Below are positions 14,714 through 23,769 of a DNA stretch of 64,000 bases, piece after piece. The notes below the pieces were generated by a model that had not been told where the DNA came from, did not search any database, and was given only the letters and a program-made list of their open reading frames with translations. Positions within the stretch are counted from its first letter, which is position 1. Every line of letters starts with the position of its first letter. The stretch spans positions 186,001-250,000 of the IMG/VR virus record IMGVR_UViG_3300032675_000001. One strand, given 5' to 3'. The position numbers were made by a program, and so were the translations under genes.

Positions 14714-14962
14714 ATGGCACAGTTTCATGTGAGATATAACAAAACTCGCGGAGAGATAAACAGAGGAACGATGGATCATGTCTGGCGTGTGTTCAGGGAT
14801 GGAAAAGAATATCTATGTAAACATGTAATCATAAATGTTCCTAGCTACGGTGCCAATACCAATGGTGATTGGAGTATTTGTTGTGAAGGGGAAATGATAA
14901 TCAACAGAGAAACATCCACTATTACTATAGAAAAAAGTGAAACAGATCATGAAATTTTATGA
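14714..14962 (+). CDS. Hypothetical protein, related to the N-terminal domain of 31423..32013
   Basis: The YNK...WRV..GKEY...HV...VP pattern is shared with the amber-containing gene. Confidence 0.6.
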   Translation: MAQFHVRYNKTRGEINRGTMDHVWRVFRDGKEYLCKHVIINVPSYGANTNGDWSICCEGEMIINRETSTITIEKSETDHEIL

Positions 14963-15443
14963 TAACGTATTGAGTGACCACATCATTGCTTGGATAGCAC
15001 GTGAAAGAGAAGAACTGCGATGGAAACAGGCTTGGAATTGCAGTCAGTTGTTCTGGGATGATAATATTAGAGTAGGAGTAACGGGGGTATGCGCTGCATC
15101 ACATGTAAGCCCTGAACTATATGATGCCATTTTTGAACATATGAAACCGTATCTACCTTATTATGATAGTCTTCACATCCAGCATTACATTTGGTTTAAA
15201 GGTAGTGGAATCTGTATGCACGATGACTATAAACATAAGTTTGGTGCAACAATCTACTTGAATGATGAATGGGACATGGCATACGGTGGAATATTTATTT
15301 GGGAAGATGAACATGGTCACCGTGCTGTGTGTCCGAAAAAAAACATGCTAGCACTGAATGATGATCGCACTAATCATATGGTTACTTTGGTTAGTGATTT
15401 AGCAGTAGAGCCTAGATACACGATTCAAATCTGGGGAAGATAA
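14949..15443 (+). CDS. 2OG-Fe(II) oxygenase
   Basis: HDD, ATIYLNDEW...GG, HMVT, RYTIQ. Confidence 0.85.
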   Translation: MKFYDNVLSDHIIAWIAREREELRWKQAWNCSQLFWDDNIRVGVTGVCAASHVSPELYDAIFEHMKPYLPYYDSLHIQHYIWFKGSGICMHDDYKHKFGATIYLNDEWDMAYGGIFIWEDEHGHRAVCPKKNMLALNDDRTNHMVTLVSDLAVEPRYTIQIWGR

Positions 15444-15444
15444 T

Positions 15445-16053
15445 ATGGAATTGGAATTTTCAGAAATAAAACTGTATAATCCCGGTGTACTCAAAACGCG
15501 ACTTCCTGTAAGAGTGTTTGCTGAATTGACTAGGGATTTGCAAAAACAAGTCGATTCTAAACCTAAAAGGTACAACACTGATTTAGCAGGGCATTTAGAA
15601 ACAGAATTGCAATATGACATAAACGGCGATTTCAGGCAATGTATAAACTCAATGTTTTTGGAGTACAGAGAACGTTTTGACTTCTATCGTAATGATGACT
15701 ATGTTATAGATTCAAGTTCTTGGGTCAACTTTCAGAAGAAACACGAATATAATCCATTGCATTATCATTACCAAGATGTGTCTTGGGTGGTTTGGATAAC
15801 TATTCCATATGATCTTCAAACTGAAATGTCTCTTCCCAGTATAAGAGAAGCAAACGGGAACGTAGCTTCAAAGTTTCAGTTTGTCTACAACAAGCTGGAT
15901 AGTGGAATACATATGCATGAAATCAATATTGACAAAAGTTGGGAAGGGGTACTTATCATGTTTCCCGCCTACCTAAAGCATCAAGTATATCCATTCCAAA
16001 CCTCAGACGAGCATCGCATTTCTATTGCAGGAAACATCAAGATTATAAAATAA
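15445..16053 (+). CDS. Putative 2OG-Fe(II) oxygenase
   Basis: WVNFQKKHEYNPLHYH, FPAYLKHQVYPF, RISIAGN. Confidence 0.8.
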   Translation: MELEFSEIKLYNPGVLKTRLPVRVFAELTRDLQKQVDSKPKRYNTDLAGHLETELQYDINGDFRQCINSMFLEYRERFDFYRNDDYVIDSSSWVNFQKKHEYNPLHYHYQDVSWVVWITIPYDLQTEMSLPSIREANGNVASKFQFVYNKLDSGIHMHEINIDKSWEGVLIMFPAYLKHQVYPFQTSDEHRISIAGNIKIIK

Positions 16054-16080
16054 CATGCGATTTGGTGAGATAAGTATAAT

Positions 16081-16527
16081 GTGATTAACGTATTTTTACA
16101 AGACTTCTACACTCGCCTTCGTGCTTGGCACGAACTCAAAGAAAACCTACAAAACAAAGACCTTGAGACGGTATGTGTTGAGGTTGATAGGTTTTGGCAA
16201 CGTTGCCCTATGAGTGCTCATTATCTGCATCCCGATGAGATTGAGTCATGGCCAAATCCTTGGGAACTCCTCAAGGATAATGACTATTGCTACTATGCCA
16301 GAGCATTGGGAATGATATACACCTTGTTGCATTTGGGTATCAAAAACATTGACTTTGTTGACGGAATAGACGATAATGGTGAAATGGCTGTATTAGTCTT
16401 AGTCGATAGCGCAAAATATGTGATGAATTGGTATCCAGACTCAGTATTAAATACAAACCTAACAGATTTCAAAATCACCAAACATATTAATATAGAAACG
16501 TTAATAAAGAAAATAGGCAAAGAATGA
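16081..16527 (+). CDS. Hypothetical protein
   Basis: 148-aa ORF. WPNPWEL...YC...ALG suggests a transglutaminase-like fold. Confidence 0.6.
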   Translation: MINVFLQDFYTRLRAWHELKENLQNKDLETVCVEVDRFWQRCPMSAHYLHPDEIESWPNPWELLKDNDYCYYARALGMIYTLLHLGIKNIDFVDGIDDNGEMAVLVLVDSAKYVMNWYPDSVLNTNLTDFKITKHINIETLIKKIGKE

Positions 16528-16563
16528 TTAATGTAGACATCGGTAGATTTACTGACTATAACA

Positions 16564-16633
16564 TAAATAAAGATGTAGTTCGCGGGACTGGAATCCCCAA
16601 CTACTCTAATACTATTACGGAGTATCAGTAATG
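16564..16633 (+). promoter_or_regulatory. Late promoter plus two hairpins, the second occluding the endonuclease RBS
   Basis: TAAATA at 16564; GTAGTT..GGGA/TCCC..AACTAC stem; ATACT/AGTAT stem overlapping GGAG. Confidence 0.6.
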
Positions 16634-17329
16634 ACTATTTATTCTAAAAATAATAATCCTTGCGGATATTATGTTTATGCATATTTGCGTAGCAAAGATT
16701 CTATCATTGCCAAAGTAGGAACCCCATACTATATAGGGAAAGGCATAGGACAACGGGCGTGGTGTCATTTTAAGGATGAGGCCACCCAACCACCGGTTGA
16801 TCACCGATATATAGTAATATTAGAATCCGGTCTTACTACTACCGGAGCACTCGCAATAGAACGCAGAATGATACGTTGGTATGGCCGAATCGATATCGAC
16901 CATGGTGGTATTTTAAGGAACATAACAGAAGGAGGGGATGGTGCTTCTCTGTCAGGAAAACTAAATGGAATGTACGGGAGAACTGGTGAATTACATCCTC
17001 ATTATTGTAAAAAAAGATTTGACATGATTGGTGATCTTAATCCGATGTTCGGGAAACGTGGTGAAGAACATCCGGCATTTGGGTATAGACATTCAGATGA
17101 ACGTCGAAAGAAAATTGCCGATTCCAAAAAAGGGGTTAAGCGAACCGTGTTTGATCAATCGGGAGAAAAGAATCCAATGTTTGGAAGAAAAGGTGAAGAC
17201 CACCCAAGTTTCGGTAAAAATCCTCCTAAAATAGTGTGTCCGAATTGCAGAAAGTTGGTAAGCAATGCAATGTTTGTGCGGTGGCACCAAAATGACAAAT
17301 GTGTACGGAAAGACAAAAATAGTGATTAA
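16631..17329 (+). mobile_element. Free-standing GIY-YIG-type homing endonuclease with NUMOD3-like repeats
   Basis: YYVYAYLR...[19 protein letters not shown], and repeated G..NPMFGK / HSDERRKKI. Confidence 0.85.
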
Positions 17330-18974
17330 TATTGTAAAGCGATCAGGAAAAAAAGAACCACTTAGCCTAGAAAAATGGCAGGCCCAAGTTGCTAAGGTAT
17401 GCAACGGGACTGCTGATGTAAGTCAATCAATGATTGAAATTAAGGCACACCCACATTTTTATGACGGAATCACTACCCAAGAGATTGATGAGATTACTCT
17501 TAGGGCCGTTGTGGATTTGATTGATGTAGAATCCAATTCAGACGTTGGACACACTAATTACCAGTATGTCGCCGGAAAGCAGAGATTGTCCATGTTACGG
17601 AAATCTGTCTATGGACAATATAACCCACCATCATTGTATGAGATTGTAAAGAAAAACGTTTCGGTGGGCCTTTACACGCCAGAACTCCTTGAATGGTATT
17701 CCGAAGATGAATGGAATAAAATGAATGATTTCATAGATCATACTAAGGATGAAGCGTACTCATACGCCGCAATCGAACAACTTATTGAAAAATATCTTGT
17801 TCGCAATAGAGCCACAAAGGAAATCTATGAAACTCCGCAGGTTCGTTACATGGTTGCAGCAGCAACCGTTTTTCACAGGGAGGAACCAAACACCGCAAGA
17901 ATGCGATTCATCAAAGAATACTACAATGCGGCCAGTGATGGGCTTTTTACTCTCGCTACCCCAGTACTTGCTGGCCTTGGAACTCCGACCAAACAGTTTA
18001 GCAGTTGTGTTCTTATTAGGAGCGATGATGACCTCGATAGTATTTTCGCTTCCGGAGAAATGATGGCAAAATATGCCAGCAAACGTGCTGGCATTGGCTT
18101 GGAAATCGGAAGACTTCGCCCTCTCGGTTCGCCTATCCGAGGGGGTGAAATCATGCATACTGGTATGATTCCATTTCTAAAGAAATGGTTTGGTGATTTG
18201 CGTTCTTGTTCTCAGGGAGGTATTCGCAATGCAAGTGCTACAGTATTTTATCCTATCTGGCATTATCAGTTTGACGATCTCATCGTTCTTAAGAACAATC
18301 AGGGAACTGAGGAGACCCGAGTGCGCCACATGGATTACGGGGTTGTCCTTTCAGGAATGTTCTGGAGAAGATTTAAAAACAAAGAGAACATTACGTTCTT
18401 CGATCCTAACGAAGTGCCTGATTTATATGAAGCCTTCTATTCAAACACGGCTAAATTCGAAGAACTCTACGTAAAATACGAAAAGCGTAAAGATTTACGC
18501 AAGAAGGTAATGAGCGCAGAGGAAGTCTTCAAGAGTGGCATTCTCAAAGAACGCACTGACACTGGACGTATCTATCTTGTATTCATTGATAACGTGATGA
18601 ATCAGGGTCCATTTGACCCTGAATACCACACTATCTATCAATCAAATTTGTGTTGTGTAACCGGAGACACTGTGGTTGAATTTCTACATCCTGACGGGAG
18701 AACTGAAAAAATGTCAGTAATGAGTGCCGTTGAAAGATTTCAACTTGGTGCGCTGACTGAATCAAAAATTAAGAGTTTTAGTAATGGAGAAGTTTCTTGG
18801 GAAAATGTTTCCGCTGCCATTAAAACCAAAACCGTTACTGAACTCTATGAAATTGAAGATGAATATGGCAATGTCTTGAAGTGTACTGGCGATCACTTGA
18901 TATACACTAAAAATCGCGGCTATGTTCGTGCAGATGAGTTAGTAGAAACAGACGAGTTATGTTCTGAAATTTGA
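17322..18974 (+). CDS. nrdA: Ribonucleotide reductase class Ia alpha subunit, N-terminal fragment fused to the N-half of a split intein (18654-18971)
   Basis: ATP cone (IVKRSG), [23 protein letters not shown] followed by intein CVTGDT...[12 protein letters not shown] start at 17322. Confidence 0.95.
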   Translation: MINIVKRSGKKEPLSLEKWQAQVAKVCNGTADVSQSMIEIKAHPHFYDGITTQEIDEITLRAVVDLIDVESNSDVGHTNYQYVAGKQRLSMLRKSVYGQYNPPSLYEIVKKNVSVGLYTPELLEWYSEDEWNKMNDFIDHTKDEAYSYAAIEQLIEKYLVRNRATKEIYETPQVRYMVAAATVFHREEPNTARMRFIKEYYNAASDGLFTLATPVLAGLGTPTKQFSSCVLIRSDDDLDSIFASGEMMAKYASKRAGIGLEIGRLRPLGSPIRGGEIMHTGMIPFLKKWFGDLRSCSQGGIRNASATVFYPIWHYQFDDLIVLKNNQGTEETRVRHMDYGVVLSGMFWRRFKNKENITFFDPNEVPDLYEAFYSNTAKFEELYVKYEKRKDLRKKVMSAEEVFKSGILKERTDTGRIYLVFIDNVMNQGPFDPEYHTIYQSNLCCVTGDTVVEFLHPDGRTEKMSVMSAVERFQLGALTESKIKSFSNGEVSWENVSAAIKTKTVTELYEIEDEYGNVLKCTGDHLIYTKNRGYVRADELVETDELCSEI

Positions 18975-19007
18975 TTACCGAGTATAAATACATATGGAGA
19001 GCTTCAT

Positions 19008-19946
19008 ATGTATAAAGAACTGTATAAATTGTTGATTGATAATGCAAAGAAAGAGAACCGAATGAAAAATCAGGAAAATTATTATGAACGACACCATGTG
19101 GTTCCTGATTTCATGTTCAAAAACAGAAAGAGACCTGGACCAGTGGGGCACTTAGATGGTGATCCTGATTCTCCAGAAAATATTGTTTTTCTTACTTTTC
19201 AAGAACATCTTTTGGCGCATTATTATCTATATGAAATATATAAAGATACTCGTTATGAGTATTCTGCTGGCTCAGCCCTACAGTTTTTCTTTGTAAAAGC
19301 CACTGGAAATCACAAAAGACAATTAAATCTGTCAGAAGTAGATAAATCGTTTCTTAATGAAATGGAGCATTTGCGATTGTTAGGAAATGAAAGTATCAGC
19401 AAGGCGAGAAAAGGTAAGATGCCAGTAGTTGATGCAGTGACTAGAGAAAAAATCGGTTCTGTATCAATTAATCATCCCAAGGTGATATCAGGTGAATGGG
19501 TGCATCATAGTAAAGGCAAAAAGCAAACTTGGAAACATCGCTCAATGAAGGGCTCTATGAATACGAATTTCAAAGAATTGACACACGATAGAAAAGAACG
19601 CTTGTGGAAATGTGTAGCCGCTTCATGTGAAGAAGGTCATCTCAAGAAGAAACTATTATGCGAAGCATTGAAAAAAGAGTTTACCGAATTCAAAAAGATT
19701 TCATTAGCTTGGATAAAAAATAACTATGATTCATTTGATGATCTAGTTAAAGAAACAAATAAGAATTTAAAGCTGATCATAAAGTATGATCCATATCATA
19801 GAAGTAATGAGCAACGAAATTTGAATGCAATACAATCTTCAAAACATCGTTGGTATAATAACGGTAATCACAACATTAGAGTTACCGATGTTGACACTTT
19901 TATTAAAAACAATCCAGAATACATACCGGGAAAAATTAAATTATGA
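19008..19946 (+). mobile_element. Free-standing HNH homing endonuclease between the nrdA halves
   Basis: YERHHVVP...D.PEN.V.LT..EHLLAHYYL (MobE-like); TATAAATA late promoter at 18983. Confidence 0.85.
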
Positions 19947-21031
19947 TTAAGATTAGAAAAATTGAGGTAGAACCAACTGATGTATATGATCTATCTGTTC
20001 CAGAAACCGAGTGTTTTTTTGCAGACAACATGTTAGTTCACAACTGTGAAATTCTACTTCCGACAAAATCATTTAAGAGCCTTGATGATGAAAATGGCAG
20101 AATTTCTCTCTGCACTCTTGGTTCAATGAACTGGGGTGCATTTAGGAATCCAGAAGATATGCGTAGAGCGTGTCGCATTCTGTTACGAAGTTTGAACAAC
20201 ATTCTTGACTATCAGGATTTCCTGTCCATTCAGTCTAAGCTGTCAAACGATGAGATTAGACCAATCGGGATCGGAGTCACCAATCTTGCATATTGGTCCG
20301 CTAAACGCGGATACAAGTACGGCGAAGCAGAAGCGTTGCAGGAAATCAAGAGTTGGGCAGAGCATCAGACTTATTACTTGATGGAAGCTAATGTTGAGCT
20401 TGCTAAGGAACGCGGACCTTGCTTGCATTCTGACAAGACTCGTTACGGACAGGGAGTTTTCCCTTGGGAACTTAGAGCAAAGGGCGTAAATGACCTTGCT
20501 GACTTTACTCCTGAACTTGACTGGGAAAGCCTCAGAGCCGATATGATGACTTACGGTGTTCGTAACTCTACAGTTGGTGCTATTGCTCCTGTTGAATCAT
20601 CATCTGTTGCTATCAACTCAACTAATGGTATAGCGATGCCTATGAGCCTGATTTCAATCAAGGAATCAAAGGCAGGTTCATTCACTCAAGTTGTTCCAGA
20701 ATACCACAATGCAAAGGTTCGTAAGAACTATCAGTTGATGTGGGACCAGACAGACTGTATCGGATACTTGAAAACCGCAGCAGTATTGGCAGCGTATATG
20801 GATCAGTCCATCAGCACTGATACTTTCTACAACCCTGCTCACTTTCCTGATCGCAAGGTACCAACTACGCTCATCGCAAAGAACCTAATGTTGGCATATT
20901 ACTGGGGAATTAAGACCTTATACTATAGCCTTGTCAACAAACAGGGCGCAAAAGAAGAAGCAGATGAGGCACCACTTGAAGTCATTGACTTCTTTGAAGA
21001 AGACGGTGACTGCGAAAGTTGCAAGCTATGA
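19943..21031 (+). CDS. nrdA: Split intein C-half (19943-20044) plus the ribonucleotide reductase alpha C-terminal fragment
   Basis: MIKIRKI..VYDLSV..FFADNMLVHN|CEI, then LCTLG, IGIGVTNLA, KTLYY and C-terminal CESCKL. Confidence 0.95.
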   Translation: MIKIRKIEVEPTDVYDLSVPETECFFADNMLVHNCEILLPTKSFKSLDDENGRISLCTLGSMNWGAFRNPEDMRRACRILLRSLNNILDYQDFLSIQSKLSNDEIRPIGIGVTNLAYWSAKRGYKYGEAEALQEIKSWAEHQTYYLMEANVELAKERGPCLHSDKTRYGQGVFPWELRAKGVNDLADFTPELDWESLRADMMTYGVRNSTVGAIAPVESSSVAINSTNGIAMPMSLISIKESKAGSFTQVVPEYHNAKVRKNYQLMWDQTDCIGYLKTAAVLAAYMDQSISTDTFYNPAHFPDRKVPTTLIAKNLMLAYYWGIKTLYYSLVNKQGAKEEADEAPLEVIDFFEEDGDCESCKL

Positions 21032-21810
21032 AACTAGGCGTTTATGGGGACAGTTTTGGTACATCCAAAAATCCTGCCATAAAAACAGCTTGGTACAACT
21101 TGCTTGGTGAAATGCTAGGAGCAACTGTTGAAACTCATGCAGTTGGCGGCAGTTCTGTGTACTATTCTTACAAAAGATTTTTGGCTACACATGAAAGATA
21201 TGATGTCATTGTTTTTATGGTAAGCGATCCCATAAGGTATACAAGAGATATATCAGAAGACTTTCCTGATCTTTTTTTAAAAACGGCACCCTTAGACAAC
21301 TTTCGTAAAATGCTTCCAATACCAAATCAGGGAATGGTAAGCGTTATACGAGAGAAGTTGATTAAGGATGGTACAATGACTAAAACCCAAGAAAAGATTC
21401 TTGATGATTTGAATGGATGGTTCAACTCTGTTGATATAGAATACAATACTGATATGGTAGAATTGATGCTATCCAACATTGAGACCATTCATAGCGATGT
21501 CATATTTTATCCCGGCTTTAAGTTTAGCATGGCCAACGATAGAATGCTTAAAACTGGCATAGATAATAGATATAACATGTTGTCTTTAGTAGATGAACAG
21601 GCACACAAGCTAAAAATCAAAAACTTTAACCTATTGCAGTATTCTATGAAAGAAAATGAAAAAACGATGTCGGCGCATTTAGGTCCGGAGTATAATGCGA
21701 CACTGGCAAATCTTTTCTATAGTAAGATCACTGTCGGGAAATGGGACTGGAGTGACTTTGACAACATTGTAATAACTAACCCCACAGACTTTTATTATTT
21801 GAACCAATAA
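21028..21810 (+). CDS. Hypothetical protein, SGNH-like N-terminus
   Basis: GVYGDSF motif; ATGA overlap with the nrdA C-fragment. Confidence 0.6.
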   Translation: MKLGVYGDSFGTSKNPAIKTAWYNLLGEMLGATVETHAVGGSSVYYSYKRFLATHERYDVIVFMVSDPIRYTRDISEDFPDLFLKTAPLDNFRKMLPIPNQGMVSVIREKLIKDGTMTKTQEKILDDLNGWFNSVDIEYNTDMVELMLSNIETIHSDVIFYPGFKFSMANDRMLKTGIDNRYNMLSLVDEQAHKLKIKNFNLLQYSMKENEKTMSAHLGPEYNATLANLFYSKITVGKWDWSDFDNIVITNPTDFYYLNQ

Positions 21811-21833
21811 GATACATTAAAAGAAGAAGATAA

Positions 21834-22934
21834 ATGTCAAAACAGCAGTATAATCTAAACACAAAAACAGACTACCTTCAACGCAAGATGTTTCTTGATC
21901 CTGCTGGACCTGTAACGATCCAGCGTTTTGAAGAAGTCAAGTATCAGAAGCTACAGAAGATTGAGCAAACCGCTCGTGGATTCTTTTGGGTTCCGGAAGA
22001 AGTAAGTCTTACCAAAGATGCAAACGATATGAAGGATGCATCTGAAACGATTGCTCATATTTTTACGGGCAATGTTCTTAGGCAGACCGCACTTGACAGT
22101 TTACAGGGCAGAGCACCAGCACAGGTTTTCACACCCGTATGTTCTATTCCTGAACTTGAAGCAATCATGAGCAATTGGTCGTTTTTTGAAACGAACATCC
22201 ATTCCCGTTCATACTCGCACATCATTCGCAATATTTACAATGTTCCTAAGGAAGTGTTCAACACGATTCATGATACTACGGAAATCATTGATATGGCTGC
22301 AAGTGTAGGCAAGTATTATGATGACTTACATGTGCTCAATTGCAAGAAGGAAGTTGGCATTCATGTTGACGAACAGGAGCATATCAACGCTATTTGGTTA
22401 GCACTTCATGCAAGCTATGCACTTGAAGCATTTCGCTTTATGGTATCGTTTGCTACTAGTCTTGCAATGGTTGAGAACAAGATTTTCATGGGTAATGGTA
22501 ACATCATCAGTCTGATTCTCCAAGATGAACTGTTACATAAGGAATGGACTGCTTGGATTATCAATCAGGTTGTTAAAGAAGATGCAAGGTTCGCAAAAGC
22601 TAAGGTAGATTGCGAAGCAGAAGTACGTAAAATTTACGAAGATGTGATTCGTGAAGAAAAGGAATGGGCTGGGTATCTCTTCAAGAAGGGTCCAGTCATC
22701 GGTCTTAACGAACGCATCATGGTAGACTTTGTTGACTATAATGCCGTAGACGCTCTTAAACAGATCGGCATTAAATACTGGAATCCAGCACCAAAGACTA
22801 CTCCTATCCCATGGTTTAATAAGCATACGGATACGAGTAAGAAACAGACTGCACTACAGGAGAGCGAGTCAACATCGTATGTTATTGGCGTCATGTCCGA
22901 TACTTTGGATTATGATGAATTACCGGATTTATAA
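21834..22934 (+). CDS. nrdB: Ribonucleotide reductase class Ia beta subunit
   Basis: FFWVPEEV, LDSLQGR, ETNIHSRSY (radical Tyr), LEAFRF, DELLH. Confidence 0.97.
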   Translation: MSKQQYNLNTKTDYLQRKMFLDPAGPVTIQRFEEVKYQKLQKIEQTARGFFWVPEEVSLTKDANDMKDASETIAHIFTGNVLRQTALDSLQGRAPAQVFTPVCSIPELEAIMSNWSFFETNIHSRSYSHIIRNIYNVPKEVFNTIHDTTEIIDMAASVGKYYDDLHVLNCKKEVGIHVDEQEHINAIWLALHASYALEAFRFMVSFATSLAMVENKIFMGNGNIISLILQDELLHKEWTAWIINQVVKEDARFAKAKVDCEAEVRKIYEDVIREEKEWAGYLFKKGPVIGLNERIMVDFVDYNAVDALKQIGIKYWNPAPKTTPIPWFNKHTDTSKKQTALQESESTSYVIGVMSDTLDYDELPDL

Positions 22935-22945
22935 GGAGAAAAAGA

Positions 22946-23179
22946 ATGAAGGCAGTTGTATGGAGTAAAGAAAGTTGTCCGTTTTGCGTACAGGCAAAGG
23001 CTTTGTTAACACAAAAGGGAATTGAGTTTGAAGAGCGTAAGATAGGTGCAGAATACACGAAGGAAGACCTACTTGAAGCAGTACCCAATGCAATGACAGT
23101 TCCGCAAATTTTTCTAGACGGGGAACTAATTGGTGGATTTAAAGAGCTTCGTGCTAAGTTTTTAGCAGAAGCAGCATAA
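22946..23179 (+). CDS. grx: Glutaredoxin
   Basis: CPFC, TVPQIF, IGGF. Confidence 0.95.
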   Translation: MKAVVWSKESCPFCVQAKALLTQKGIEFEERKIGAEYTKEDLLEAVPNAMTVPQIFLDGELIGGFKELRAKFLAEAA

Positions 23180-23189
23180 GGAAAAAGAT

Positions 23190-23489
23190 GTGAATTATAC
23201 AGTTAATGAAGTTTATACGTTCAAGTTGAACAGTGGAGAAGAATTAGTAACTAAGGTGTTGGGAGTAGATGGGGATGATATTCTCATTTATGAGCCACTG
23301 GCAGTTACCCCTGCTCCTCAGGGCGTGGGATTGGTGATAGGAATGTTCACCGCAGACCCTAAGTCTGAAACACGACTAAATAGTAAGAACGTTGCTATCT
23401 CTGCACTGACCGATCATAGTGTGAAGGTCAAGTACGTTGAAGCAACAACTGGAATCAAGATTCCAGATAAGAAACTTATTTTAGGATAA
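23190..23489 (+). CDS. Conserved T4-like phage protein (possibly Sm-like)
   Basis: FKLNSGEELV..Y..ATTGI pattern. Confidence 0.6.
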   Translation: MNYTVNEVYTFKLNSGEELVTKVLGVDGDDILIYEPLAVTPAPQGVGLVIGMFTADPKSETRLNSKNVAISALTDHSVKVKYVEATTGIKIPDKKLILG

Positions 23490-23490
23490 T

Positions 23491-23760
23491 ATGGCAGCAC
23501 TTAGCAGAAAAGGCGACCAAAACCAAGTCGGCGGCAAAATCGTAAGGGGAGCATCAACGGTGTTTGCCAACGGTATTGCCGTTGGCTTACATGTAAGCGA
23601 TATCACTTCACATCCCGGTGGAGGCACACACAGTTCATCAAAGACTACCTCAGGTAGTCCGACTGTGTTTGCAGAAGGTGTTGCAGTCCTTCGTGTGGGT
23701 TCCAGTACAAACTGTGGACATTCTATCACACAGGGTAGCCCTAATGTTAACTGTCCGTAA
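23491..23760 (+). CDS. PAAR-repeat spike tip protein
   Basis: GS(P)TVFAEG, RVG..CGH.I..GSPNV. Confidence 0.9.
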   Translation: MAALSRKGDQNQVGGKIVRGASTVFANGIAVGLHVSDITSHPGGGTHSSSKTTSGSPTVFAEGVAVLRVGSSTNCGHSITQGSPNVNCP

Positions 23761-23769
23761 GAAAGAAAC

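Noticed and set aside
18975-19942. Group I intron in nrdA
   Set aside because: There is almost no non-coding space around the HNH gene, and the intein N and C motifs explain the split.
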